64,000 bases of DNA from Neoechinorhynchus agilis (lineage: Eukaryota > Animalia > Acanthocephala): positions 8,782,784 to 8,846,783 of the forward strand of contig CM121341.1 of the NCBI GenBank assembly GCA_051530055.1, in the 5' to 3' direction. The stretch's first letter is position 1. The number at the start of each line of letters is the position of its first letter. This document shows, in pieces, positions 32,801 through 45,825 of this stretch. The notes below the pieces were generated by a model. That model saw only the letters and a program-made list of their open reading frames with translations, did no database searches and was not told where the DNA came from. The position numbers and the translations under genes are program-made.

Positions 32801-35800
32801 AGTGATCGATACTAAATGTTTTTTCTCTCTCGAGAAATCGGGATTCGGTCTATCATTAATCACGCACGAGTTTAAAAAATTTAAGCCTAAATCAATTCAG
32901 TGTCTGCGGTTTAAAAATAATAATACGGCCGAGATGCAACATTTTAAATGCTAACACTTTTAGGACAAAGAGCTTCATAGGATATACGGAGCATTGCTCG
33001 GCCCACAACTCAAATTGGCTCCGGACAATATAAGAAAATTATTCAATAAAATAATAGACGCTACGATTGACCTATTTAAAAAATTCACAAAAACATTTTT
33101 ACCTGTTCCAGCAAAATTGCATTATATGTCAAATCTGCGAGACGTGGGAAAAGTAAGTTAATAGTTTTTGTTTTAGAATTAAATTGCATTGTGGACGTAA
33201 GGTATGTGAAGGTCTCGCTCGATTCAACACGGATATCCACACTTCGGAAATAAGTTGCCTTAAACTATGGCTGTTTGAATCTTACCGATCATTCTTTGAT
33301 CGACTTATTAGTCTGGACGACCAACAGTCTTTTTTTCAACTGATCACAGATATCAGCTCTACTCACTTCGAGATTCCGATCAATCAGCTATGCTCTGAAT
33401 ACAAACCATCTATATTCAGTAAGTAGACGAATTGTTCTTACATGAAAGTTGAAATCAAAAAATAGCTGATATTTTGAATGCAAAAAATATTTACGAACTT
33501 ACTGATGGCAATAAAGAAAATGCGCTTAAGAAAAGAATAGCAAATTCATTGAAAGAGTTTAATAAAACACCAGGGATAACTGAACTCGATGTTGTTTTAT
33601 TTGAGGACGCTATTGATCACGGTAAGCAATTTGTATGAACGGTATGCATTACAAGCACTGTTTTCAGTGATAAGAATTGTACGAGTTCTTCAGCGCCCAA
33701 GGGGAAATTTGCTTCTGCTCGGAATCGGAGGATCAGGAAGGCGAAGTCTCGCAAAACTCGCTGCATTTATCTGCGAGTATCAAACCGTTCAAATTCAAGT
33801 GTCTAAACACTACGGTCTTAGTGATTTTAGAGAAGGTTTTTCACCTTCTTAAATTTCATTTTAACTCACGATTAAAATAGACATAAAAAAGATGTACAAG
33901 ACAACAGGGTTGAACAATCGCGAAGTTGTATTTATTTTCAATGACTCACAGATTCTGCAAAATGAGTTTCTTGAAGATATTGGGAACATTTTAAATGGAG
34001 GAATCGTACCGAATATATTTTCAGCTGATGACATGGAGCAAGTACGTAAATTAGATTAGTCGAATTTTTGAATTGTTTAAATCATCATTATAGATTCGAA
34101 ACACTCTTGAAAGGGTAGCTAGGCGTGAAAATATTTCAACTACAATATCTTCCCTTGTGGATCTTATGTTGTCGCGAGTTAGGGCAAATCTCCATATTAT
34201 ATTATGTATGAATCCGATGACTGAAGAGTTTAGGTATTTAATGGCAAATTTTATATTTAGTTAACAAAATTTTTAGAAATTATGTGAGATTGTTTCCGTC
34301 GTTGATCAGTTGTACAACTATTGATTATTTTGGACCGTGGCCACAAGAAGCACTTGTTGAGGTGGCCATTAAACAGTTTGAGCTTTATGATCTTTACCCG
34401 CACAACGACGTATATAGAAAGTTAATAAAAATCAGATAATTTTATTTAAATTTAGAGATTAAACGTGGTTACTGATGCGATTGCCGCCATTCACATCAAG
34501 GCCGACGAATTCTGTAATAAAATGATGAATACAATTAACCGAGTAGCCTACGCAACTCCTTCAATTTATTTGCAATTTATCAAATCAATAAAATTGTAGG
34601 TTTAATTTTATATGCATTAATTTTTTTAGTGTTTGTCTTTGGTATATAGAACTTTGACGAAACGTCGAGAGGAAGCGCATCAACAAATAAATAAATTGAC
34701 AAAAGCATTGAAGAAAGTGGAAGAGACGAAACGGATCCTTACTGAAGCTTCTTTGAATTTAGATGGAAAGCGTGAAATTGTTGCTTCTTATCAAGCCAGT
34801 TGCGAAGAATTCTTGGTCGAATTGGAAGAGCAGAGAAGAGAAGCTGCATCACGTCAAAAGGTTTCTTTTGTTTATACTTTTAATTAATAATTTTTTTCTA
34901 AAAATACAGAATGTAACTAGCCAATCAGCAAAATTGCAAGAGGAAGAAGTTTCTTGCAAAGAGATTGCGTCTGCCGCAGGAGTGGAGTTAAACGAAGCGA
35001 TGCCAATGCTGAACGCCGCAATCGAAGCACTGAATGCATTGAGCTCAAGAGATATAAATGAAATCAGTTCTTACTCACATCCTCCCAAACCAGTGATGGA
35101 AGTCATGGGTGCCGTAATGATATTAAAAAAGAAAAATCCAGAGTGGAGTGAAGCCAGAAGAGATTTACGTAAGATTATATTTTGGGAAATAAAGATTAAA
35201 AATTCCAAACATTAAGTTGACACGAATTTTATAAAATCACTGATCAATTTCGATAAAGACCATATTCCTGAAAATGTTCTAAAGAGAATTGCTCAAATTA
35301 TTAAAAAGCCTTCATTTAATCCAGTCGATATAGGTATTTGCTTTCAATTACGAAAAAATCAAATAACTCTAAAAAAAAGGAAAAACATCAACTGCAGCAA
35401 AATCCGTATGCGCGTGGGTGATCGCGATCGAGGCTTACGCGAGAGTGTTCAAAGTGGTACGACCAAAAATGGTTCGGTATGAAAAAGCAATGAAGATGCT
35501 CGAGTTTAAACAAGGAGCATTAGCGACAGCAATCTCAAATCTCGAACAAGTAATTTTTCCCAGTTATATTATGTTCTTGAATATCAAGAATAATATAGAT
35601 TCAAGAACAAATAAAGCAATTGGAAATCGATTATGGTCAGAAATTAGAAGAAAAGAATACTCTCCAAAAGAGTGCAGAGGAAACGGCTATGTTTTTAGAA
35701 AGAGCTTCAAAAATGTTGGAAGGCACTGCTGATAAGACTGTTCAATGGCAAGAGGATTTGGAGGTCTGATAAAAAATTATTTCTTATATATAAACCACTA

Positions 35801-38800
35801 ACATAAGATCTATACAAACCAACTTGACTTTTTGGTTATCGATTCCATAATTGACAGTGCGTGTTTGAATTATATAGGACCTTTTACGCCCAATTATCGG
35901 GAGCAACTAACAAATGAGTTTGAAATCATCGTATGTGTGCGATCTTTTCAATTCCAACATTTAATCGAAATGCTTCGAATGCATAGTTGAAAAAACACCA
36001 GTTTTCTTTAAGTGAAGAACACAACTGGCTTAGTGATTTAACTACAGAAGTAGAGTTGATCTCATGGACAATGCACGGACTTCCTCGAGATACTTTTTCA
36101 GCTCAAAATGCCACGATTTCCACACGAAGTCAACGATTTACTTACCTCATTGATCCTCAATCACAAGCCGTCAAGTGGCTTAAGAAATTCCTTAATGAAA
36201 AAGTCGGTGTTTGACTATAAAGAATAAACAACTCATCCTCGTTTAGAGTATTGTTACCGTTGACGTCCGAGAGTCAAATCTTGCAGAAATCGTTCAGGAT
36301 TGTATTGAGAAAGGATTAGTGTGTTTAGTGCAGAATGTCGGAGATAATCCACCATCCTCTTTGGAAAATATTCTAATAAAAAACGTAAAACGGAAAGGTA
36401 AACAGGAAATTATGTTCAGATAAAAATGCAGACTTTTGTAGAGGACGGGTCAGCTTATTTGGAAATCGGAGATAAGGAATTGCCTTATAATGAAAACTTC
36501 AATCTTTATATGGCAACGAAACTTTCCAATCCAAAACTAAGTTCGGATGTATTTTCAAAATTGACTGTGGTAAATTTTGCTGTAAGACAAGATGGTAATA
36601 TTTGTTAATTTCAAATTTCTTTAAAATTCGATAAACAATATTTAGGTCTCAAGGAACAATTATTGGAAATTCTTGTTGGAGCAGAACGACCAGATTTGGC
36701 GGAACAGAAAATCCGATGTGCCCAAACGATGGCTGAAAAAAAGGCAGAGAAACAAATTCTGGAAGATGAATTCTTAAGGTTCTCGTTTGAATTCAGGGTT
36801 TGTTCACAGTATATTTAGACTTATTGAGGAAACGGAAGGTTCATTGCTTGAGAACATTGAAGTTTTGAATTCATTGGAGAATTCGAATCGCGCCGTGCTT
36901 GAAATTGCCCGAGTTCTCAAAAACAGCCAAGAAGCTGAAGTTGAGATTGATAAAGCACGATCGGTTAATTGATTTATATTTGGCAAGCTCTATGACAACT
37001 GAATAATAGGCATACGCTGTTTTAGCGAGGAAAGCAGCTGATCTCTTCTTTGTTCTGGATGATTTCGGTCATATCCACAGCATGTATCAATTTTCATTGG
37101 ATGCGTACCATCATCTCGTTGAAAGTGCGATTCAAAACAGCAATAAATCAGACAATCCTATTGAAAGAATCGGCTATATTACAAATACACTCATGACAAC
37201 CTTTTATAGGTAAGATGCAATTCGAAAAGAAAAAAGCTCACTGAACCGCTTGGCGAATAGAGAAACATTGAACCAACTACAATGAGCAGCGTTTTCTTTT
37301 TTTGAACCGCTATAATTTAATTATATCGGCATTTGGTCTCTAAGGCTTCAATTAATAACCGCAAATCAATATTAAAATCCCAAAAAGTGTCTCCATGTTT
37401 TTAGTCACCACAGTGAAATAATTTTATCTGAAATTCTTGATTTACCGAAAAGTTCTTTTTGAATAGTGCTCGCTATTTTGTAAAAGGTAAAAATTAGCGT
37501 TAACATTTCTAAGAACTATTTTTCCCTTTATTTCGTGACCAAAACTAATTATATATTTTTTATTTAGATTTGCAAGCAATTGTCTCTTTCAGGAGCACAG
37601 ATTACTTCTAAGTTTCCACATGAGCGTCAAACTCATGCAAGGGGCAAATTTGATGGACAGTGAGGAGTATGGCTTCTTTGTTCAAGGATCATCTAAGCAG
37701 GTGCATTTACCCGAGGCACATAAATTAGCTAAATTTTGCTTAAGAAAAACATCCGGATGGAGACACTTCCTAGTAATATGTTCAAACTATGGCTCTCCGA
37801 TCAACAATGGGCTGAAATATGCGCACTTGTTAGATTAAGACGGTACCGCCCATTGTTAGGAAGCTTTACTCCTTTTGCTGACCAATGGAATAATTGGTAT
37901 ATGAATCCTGAACCGGAGAATATCCCTATCCCAGGAGGAATAGAAAATAACGCAGGAAATCTTTGTCGTCTACAACTTATAAAAATCATACGACCCGATA
38001 GACTTACAATTGCTTTAAAATCATTTGTTGAGAATACAATTGGAAAGGATTATATCGAACCTGTAACGCCTTCTTTAATGACCATATACCAACAATCTAG
38101 TAGATTTACACCTGTACTTTTCATTCTTTCACCGGGAGCTGTTAGTTTTCCGTTTATATAATACAATTTTAGAGTCTATTTTAAGGATCCTATGAATCTT
38201 CTGAAAAACCTAGCGTCGTCCGTTGAAATGGAAGACAGATTTTTTTCGATATCGTTAGGGCAAGGACAAGCTGAAAAAGCAATGTATCTGTTAGAGACTT
38301 CTACTGAACAAGGAAACTGGGTATATTTGGCTAATTGCCATTTGTCTGAATCTTGGTTGCCAAAACTGGATAAATTCATCGACGATCTCCAATTGTCTGG
38401 AAATTGCCATCACCAATTCAGATTATGGCTCAGTTCAGCACCTATTGAATCGTTTCCGATCAGCGCACTTCAAACGTGCACAAAAATAACCACTGAACCA
38501 CCTTCAGTAAGAGTTTACATTTATGCTACATTTTGTTTTTATTCTGAAAATTAAAGGGAATTCGACAAAATATGGCACGGATTATAAGAACACTTTCTCG
38601 ATCTGAAGTAAATTATATCGATAATAATTATAGTTTAAGGCGATTAATATACCCTCTTTCATTTTTCCATTCCTTAATTTTGGAAAGACAAAAATTTGGG
38701 AAAGTTGGCTGGAATAATATTTATTTTTTCAATGACTCGGACTACAAAGTGAGTAGTTAATTTCAAAAAAACAAAAATCACAATCTATGTACAAAAAGGT

Positions 38801-40520
38801 TTCAGTGAGAATATCAGCGGAACTTATTCGAATTTATAGTGAAGAATTTCCATGGGAAGCTTTAAGATTCATGATCGCTACTGTGATGTATGGCGGTCAT
38901 GTTACGGACGAATGGGATATGAGATTATTAAAGACTTATATTGAGAATCATTTCAACGAGTCAATTTTTCAAGAAAACAATCGGTGCGCAAACTTTTTAG
39001 TCTAAAAATTATTGTGTACGATAGCAATAAAAATGATCAATATGGTGTTCCAAATGATGGAAAACTCAATTACTACATGAATGAAATCGATAGATTACCC
39101 GCGATTGATGACGCTCTGGTTTTTGGTCTACATCCAAACTCCGAAATTGTTTCAAGAGTTTCTCAATCGAAAATCATTGTGTCTCATTTGGTTTCACTTT
39201 TACCGCCTGACACTACTTTGGGCATAGAAGTGAACGCTGAGAAAATTCGGGAGGATAAGGTAAGATCTCTTCACATGGATTTTCTCGTCAAATAGCTCAA
39301 AAACAACATTTAGGTCTACAATATGACCGTGGATATTTTAAGAAGACTTCCTCAACGTATTCAGGCACGGCATATTCGTGGAATAGACGACAATCAAGGG
39401 GGCCAAGTTGAACCACTCAACATCGTCCTCTATCACGAAGTTTGTCTTTTTGTGTGTGTTAAAATCGAAAAATCATTTAAAAAGGTCGAGCGGCACAATG
39501 CCTTGTTAGCTACGATTACGTCGACTTTAATTGATCTCCAGCACGCGATCAGAGGTCGAATTGTGATGACATTTGAGCTTCAAAAAGTATTTCGCAATAT
39601 TGCGGAGTCGAAAGTTCCATCCAATTGGAAAAAAGTACGATTTTTCTTAATTGACACGTGAACACTTTGAAAAATCCATTAGTATTATGAGTCAACCAAA
39701 TCGTTGAATCCATTTATTCAAGATATGGTTATGAGATTCAAGCAAATCAGTGATTGGAGTCGAAATGGAATACCTCCAGAACCATTGTGGATATCCGGAT
39801 TATCTTTACCAGGAGGACTATTGACCGCAATAAAACAGAGGCACGCGCGACAATACAAGGTATTACGGATTTCAATGGCAAAGTTCGAAATTCCATTATT
39901 CGTCGAATAAGCTTTCTAAAATTCCTACTAATTTCATCCTAATTCCCCAATTAAAACTTACGATCGGCACTTGATGAAATCTTTTAATTTTCCCAATACA
40001 TAACCTAAAAGGCTTTTTCCTTTAAGAGGACCAGAAATTATCATTCTCCTTTTTTGCGAACTCTTTTACCGTAAATGCTTCTTCAGATCCCGATCGATCT
40101 CCTTTCATGGAAATTCGAGTTTCTTTCACAAAAAGGATCAGAGGCGACAAGAGTATCATTTCGGAAACTAGACGGCGTAATCCTATCTGGATTCTACATT
40201 GAAGGAGCATCTTGGGATCAGAAGACAAAATCTCTAATGGATGCTTCTCACCAAGAGCTGTACCAAGAAATGCCGTACATTCGACTAATTCCTCATGTAG
40301 CTGAAGACAAGGACTCTAAAGGTATCTAAAGTGCGTCTTTAGCGAACCGAAGTATCAGTCTCATTTTTAAAAAGGAATATATTCTTGCCCTTGTTATTAT
40401 ACAACAAATCGATCGACGAACACTTTTCTACTGGCTGTTAATTTACCTTGTGGAAGTGGATTTGAAAGTGAACATTTTATAAAAAGAGGAACTGCACTTA
40501 TTCTTAATTTGGATGATTGA
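17860..40520 (+). CDS. DNAH2: Axonemal dynein heavy chain, DNAH2-like (inner arm I1/f beta type), multi-exon; 5' end uncertain (17860-19025)
   Basis: AAA1 [21 protein letters not shown] plus [12 protein letters not shown] and [20 protein letters not shown]-loops [16 protein letters not shown] and [10 protein letters not shown]-terminus [19 protein letters not shown] with TGA at 40518-40520. The exons I checked splice in frame at GT-AG. Confidence 0.9.
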
Positions 40521-41289
40521 TCAATTCAGTATATTTTAATAAGAGTTTTACTTTCGTTGGAGAGCAGAATGTACCAACAAAAATTTATATCGCCTCAAAC
40601 ACTCACCGATTAAATAGCGGCTATTTTGAACAAAGCGCAGTCTATAACAATCCATCATCGGAAAAGAACTACATAAAACAACAACAATCAGAAACACAGT
40701 CCATTTCGCTCTCTCTCTGAACCTCAGCGAGAAGTAATCACCAAAACAAAGCGGACTCTTTAAGAAACACTTACTATTTTCAACGCTGAGCTTCAAAAAC
40801 TATTAGAATGTGCAATTATTACAATATCCCGTCATCGTATCTCAAGCCTAACGCGACCATTTTGTTACTTAAAGAAATCTTAAGCTAGATTAAGATTGCG
40901 ACAATCTTTATAAATATTAAAATATTGACGGCTAGGTTGTAGGTCCAATCATTACAAATACTTCTTTTATGCCGTGATTGTATTTTAGGATGGAGGCAGC
41001 TCAGAAAAGGTTTACTTTTCCCAGAAAATTATAGTCAAGGTTCCAATTTACAGTCGTTCCCATCGGAACCTCCATAAATTACCTGTCATATAAAACTTCA
41101 AAATAAGTCAAGTAAATAGTTTAGGGCGTAAAAAACAATAAAAAACGACGAAAAATATGAATTATCATTATTATTTTGCAGCTTTTTAATTGTGATCTAA
41201 CGAATTCTCGACTAGACAAACATTTAATCTTGTTCAAATCACAGGAAACTGCAGGTTTATTTGTGTACTAAACTCTCCGATTGTCTGAG

Positions 41290-41980
41290 TTTCATTGAGA
41301 ATTCTTTAGACTTCTCGTCGCGAGAGCTCACAGCTCTCTACTTTCCGGTTCTCGCGATGGGGTCGTCCGAGCTAGATTGTTGGCAGTTTCGACACGAGAA
41401 TTGGGGCCGTGGTTGGAGGCTGTTCCTCTGGCATCTGTGGGAACTCTTCTCACTGGTGAGGTAACGAGGATTCTCCCGATATCGCTGTCGATGTTGGTCT
41501 TTGGTTGATGGTTTCGGGCGACACGGTCTCGTTTGCCGAAAGTCAGGAGGAAGGTTCTCACGTCATTCTGAGATCAACAGCGTAATTTCTCGGGCGTTGA
41601 GAACGGCGAACTTCCCCTCCCATCTTTGTCGAGTCTTTCCGTGGCGGGAGGGCAAATGCCTTATCTGGGACGCCACGTCCCTCACAGTAAGCAACATTCT
41701 CTACTCTCTCGAAATCGCTGAAGGCGCCGCCAGTCAAGCGGAAGGGAGGAAGGTACGAAAATATAGACAATTAGCAACAGCCCACTATTTTGTCCCCTTC
41801 GGAGTAGAGACGTATGGAGCGCTTGACAGCTCGGCACTTTGCTCCAGGATCTCTCGAAGAAATTGAGAGACCGGCGAAGCACGAGCAGGTGTATTCCTGC
41901 GACAAAATATCTCGCTCGCAGTAGTAAATAGAGAAGCTAAGATTTTGCGGACGGTGGTGATTGCACGTTTGTACTTTTGT
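41290..41980 (+). mobile_element. CRE-clade retrotransposon 3' fragment
   Basis: RARLLAVSTRE, GRHGLVCRKSGGRFSRHSEIN, VFPWREGKCLIWDAT and [12 protein letters not shown]. Its 3' tail is shared with the 51.4-kb copy. Confidence 0.88.
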
Positions 41981-42552
41981 ATGTTATGATTAAAACAAAC
42001 CACTCTTTGAATTAGATTTTAGCACAATGAAAAGGTTAGCGCGAGTCTTAGTATTAATTCAGTTTTATACAATTGAACAGCATATTAAAACTGAATAAAA
42101 AGTTCTTGTAAGTAGCAGATTTTTTGATAAAGCATCCTTTATTCGATTAAAGGAAAATGATGAAGGGTAAATTATCTTAGTCTTTATTATTTGGCGAGGA
42201 TAAAGTGCAATTAATCGCTAGTCGAAAGTGTAGTTAGCTGTAGAAATTAATTCCATCGATTTTGTAAAAGAATGTGATAAAAAGCGAAAATCGTTCCTGT
42301 AATGTTCAGCCAATAAAAATGCGCACTATATGGTTTTTTTTGTCATATAAATTCGAACCAATTTTCAGGACTGTATTGAAAACAACACGATTTTAATTTT
42401 AAAGAAAGTGGAAAGGCCTAACCTTTTTGCAATAGATCACAAAATATTAGCGTTTAGATGGTTGAATATGTGGATATCGGGTGATGGCAGGTTTCGCTTT
42501 CCATAAAAAGAGAGATAGATGAATTTTTGATCGCACACTTCTGCGCAAGTGA

Positions 42553-43464
42553 TTATTGGATTTTCGTGAACGATTTGACAAGTGAAACATAAGCGAGAAT
42601 CAATGACGGTACAAGACGTTGCCAATAACTAAGATAGCTGTAGACGCGATGATAATCAAGAACGGCAACAGCAGCACTCATCGCCAATATCCACAAATCA
42701 TTGAACGATGAATTTCTTTGTGTACATAGGAAAAGCGTTGCGATCATTGCATATACGGCCGTGTAGAACCGATTAACAAGATCTCCTAGGATTCCAAGGT
42801 TTAAGTACTCATCTGATGCTTGAACGAGAAGTAAGGAACAAAATATAATCCGAAGAAGATGAACGAATTCCGCAAAAACGTTTGGCCGTCTCATTGTCTT
42901 CTTTTTCGAAATGTTTTGGACATTTGATGGTGGCAACGTCGAACTCCGTCTCGATTCACTGACCTGTCGATTGTACTGATTAATTCTTTGGTCCTGCCTT
43001 TGAATATAATCCCTGACAGCTTCTTCGCATGGCGGACAAAGTTCGCTGTCCCGTTCAAATTGTTTAAGTCTAAAACAATTCTCTTCGTATCGAAAACTGA
43101 GATCGAGTCGAGCCATTTGCAGAATTCTCATGTGATTATTGATGTCACATGATCGACAAATCACCGGATGTCGGTTTAGTTCAGTGATTGGACACTTGTA
43201 TTCGTATCGTTCGACGAATTTGTCGTCACGCATCCCGGGAACGCGGTATCTATAATCCCCATCATCCCTAAATCCGTTGTATTGGTCACATTGAACACAT
43301 TTGAACCATTTGCGCTCGGAAAATTGAACGTATTGATCGGTATTGCAAAACCAGCAGTTGACTCGAACGAGTGGAACCACTCGATCCACAAATCGACCAA
43401 GAAACGATTGTTTGCTGGGAGAAGGTGGCGGTGGGGTCTCTCGCGTTATCGAAAATCTATCCAT
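42553..43464 (-). CDS. TMEM201: TMEM201/Samp1/Ima1-like inner nuclear membrane protein (ATG at 43464 likely; 3' end may be spliced)
   Basis: Ima1_N zinc-finger pattern VNCWFCN..WFKCVQCDQYNGFRDDGDY, then CRSCDINN and LCPPCEEAV..I..Q, followed by hydrophobic transmembrane segments. Confidence 0.85.
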   Translation of the reverse strand: MDRFSITRETPPPPSPSKQSFLGRFVDRVVPLVRVNCWFCNTDQYVQFSERKWFKCVQCDQYNGFRDDGDYRYRVPGMRDDKFVERYEYKCPITELNRHPVICRSCDINNHMRILQMARLDLSFRYEENCFRLKQFERDSELCPPCEEAVRDYIQRQDQRINQYNRQVSESRRSSTLPPSNVQNISKKKTMRRPNVFAEFVHLLRIIFCSLLLVQASDEYLNLGILGDLVNRFYTAVYAMIATLFLCTQRNSSFNDLWILAMSAAVAVLDYHRVYSYLSYWQRLVPSLILAYVSLVKSFTKIQ

Positions 43465-44064
43465 AAAATCGATCTGTAAATTTTTTTTCGTTAAACGATT
43501 ATACCGGGCATATTTAGAAATTATATTTATCCATTCTCCTAAAACGTAAGATATGGCTTTTGTTTCAGAAAAAAAGTAAACACCACCACTAAATGAAACT
43601 TTGAATTTGTATATTTTTTTAAAATTTTGCACTTTTTCCCAACTCAAACATTGAAAACCCGTATTTTCTCAGTGTTTTGCAAGAAATTTCATTTTCGATT
43701 TTATTAGAAGACCTCCTTTTCTGGCACATTAACTCGATTTTTATGGAAAGCGAAAAAATCCAACCGGAAGAAAAGGGAAATATTCGGAATGCGGGTACTC
43801 GGCTGATCTGCGTCGACGAAATTATTGTCTCGCGACTCTTTTTGCTCGTATCCACTCCAAATTTCAGCTAAGAATCTCGACTAGAAGCGAAATGGAGAAG
43901 CAGCGCCGTTTGCGGCAAACCAGGAATTCTTTGGTTTTCTGCGAAAGTAGAACAATGGCGCCGGTCACAATTGTCAAGTCGACGTCGGCGGCGGCGGCGG
44001 TGGTGCATCCAAAATGTTTATGATTTAATCATTTCGCGGAAAATTTTACGTTTAAAAAAGGTTC

Positions 44065-44277
44065 AATCGGTCATGATAATTTCAATTCCGTGTGAACCAT
44101 CTTTTGTATTTAAGAAAAAATTAAATTTAGCACATCGCTAAATTTAGAGAGGTTTTCTGTGTTTTCTTAAAGCGAAACTAATTATTTTGATTCCTTTTTG
44201 ATTTATGAATAACAGAAACGTTCGGAAAAGTTTTTAATTTGATTTATTTCAGTACGCTTTTAATTTAGTCTCTTAAA
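44065..44277. repeat. Unclassified AT-rich dispersed repeat (~220 bp), copy 1
   Basis: Aligns with 51721-51941, for example aagtttttaatttgatttatttcagtacg..taatttagtctcttaaa. Confidence 0.8.
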
Positions 44278-44622
44278 GACCGGCCGTTGAGAAGGCTTCC
44301 TTGATTATGCGGTTGACTGCTGAGTGCCGCGCGTGGCAAGCATTTGAACGCTTGTAGTCAAGGCCGTGAGTTCCCGTTGTCATGAAAAGTATTAGCTGAT
44401 GAGGCGGGAGGGCGCGTTTCAGGAACAGCATAACCTGTCAATTGATGTGGATGCCATGCAGGAACAACAATTCGAAGTTTCCAGTCGGACTCTCCCGGAA
44501 TGACGGAGCGACTCTCCTCCCATGGTGTTAAGGGAAAATACTGGTTTGGGATTTTACCTGCCCCAACACGCTAGCCGCATCCCACTTACGGGATGCCATC
44601 TCAAAAGCGGGAGCAGTCGCAG
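44278..44622. mobile_element. CRE-clade fragment with internal inversion (5' part on minus, 3' part on plus)
   Basis: Minus 44278-44485 gives TTGTHGL..HARHSAVNRIIKEAFSTAG. Plus 44481-44622 gives PVGLSRNDGATLLPW.*GKILVWDFTCPNTLAASH. Confidence 0.75.
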
Positions 44623-45008
44623 AAATCAATCGACGGCATTGGTAAAGCGTTAAGAAAATCACAGGAACATTTGGTTGAGGCTGCGAACTCATTCTTTAGT
44701 AATTGGAGTTTGTTTTTAAAAGTATCCCTAATTAAATGGACCTCCTCAACGAGAGATGCAATGCCACTGTCGAAGCCTTGAGTATTAGAGTATTAGCCAA
44801 GCTGTGGCGATCTATCGTTTTCGGACAATCAAGTTCGTGAATTCCTTTGGTGTCTACATCTTGGCATCTTATTTGCAAATCAATGAGATTGAGCGAGCCA
44901 CTCCAAAGCGAGACCAAAGGAGCAATCATCTATTTTAGAAATCAATCGACGGCATTGGTAAAGCGTTAAGAAAACCACAGGACCATTTGGGTAAGGCTAA
45001 GAACTCAT
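44623..45008. repeat. 316-bp repeat family, third locus (about 1.2 units, inverted relative to the other two)
   Basis: Reverse complement of the 5775-7041 unit. The block gaaatcaatcgacggcattggtaaagcgttaag occurs twice. Confidence 0.93.
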
Positions 45009-45825
45009 GTTTTTTTGTTGGTCACAAGAACAAAGGAATTTTCGGATCTTCTTCTGAAGTCAAGGGTCTTACAAGCGTTTTTGTGTTGATGTTTCCGTTT
45101 TGTAGGGTGCATCGTGTTCTTTACTCTATTCTTCAAGTGCGATTATGTGGGATTGGTCGTTGGTTAGCTCGTAAAGTTATTTTATCAAGCGGGCACTGGC
45201 TCTACTACTCAACGTGCTAGTTAGGTTTCGAAGATGGTCAAAGTCCTGAAGCCGTCCATTTCGCCAGAGTAAGACGATGAGAACGTGTGAAGGGCCCGTA
45301 GTATTACAGATTCCGATTCGTAGGATCCGAAGTCCGCTATTGTTTAGAACGGTCGGGAACTTGGCAATATCTCGGAGCATTTCGATTGTTTGTTGGTCCC
45401 GGCGAAGGGAATGTTCTCAAAGGACTTCTAAGATCAATCAACCGAGATAGTATTACATTCTTTTTTCCTGTGTTTCCTCTCGAGCGACTTGGCGAATTTG
45501 AAAAGATTGAAATAAAAGTAATAAGAGCCGCGTAAGTTTCCTTACTTTCGATGTTGCTCTAAGTATGTGAGTGTTTCAAATATCGACGATTTTTTATCAT
45601 TGCATTATTCTATCTACTCGATTCGGGATCATCATTCTCGTATTTTTTTTATTGATAATTGCGATAATTTCTAACAACCAAAATTTCGATTTTGCATTTC
45701 ATTTTATAGATCATTCGTTTTAGGAATCTTTTACAAAATTTCAGTGCCTGATCAAATATGTTAAAATGGCCTTTTAATTCAGGAATAAAATAGGTTAGTA
45801 TACACGCGCGGGGTTTTAATCCTTT

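Noticed and set aside
19025-40520. Dynein ORFs ending in stops, suggesting a pseudogene or alternative genetic code
   Set aside because: The stops I checked fall inside short GT-AG introns, and the conserved exons join in frame under the standard code.
40530-41100. Possible small gene convergent with the dynein 3' end
   Set aside because: Splice-like sites exist, but I could not assemble a stop-free model or recognise a domain.
44600-44640. 316-bp repeat as the specific target of the CRE family
   Set aside because: Only one of eight CRE fragments touches it, and the junction is internal to the CRE coding sequence rather than at an element end.
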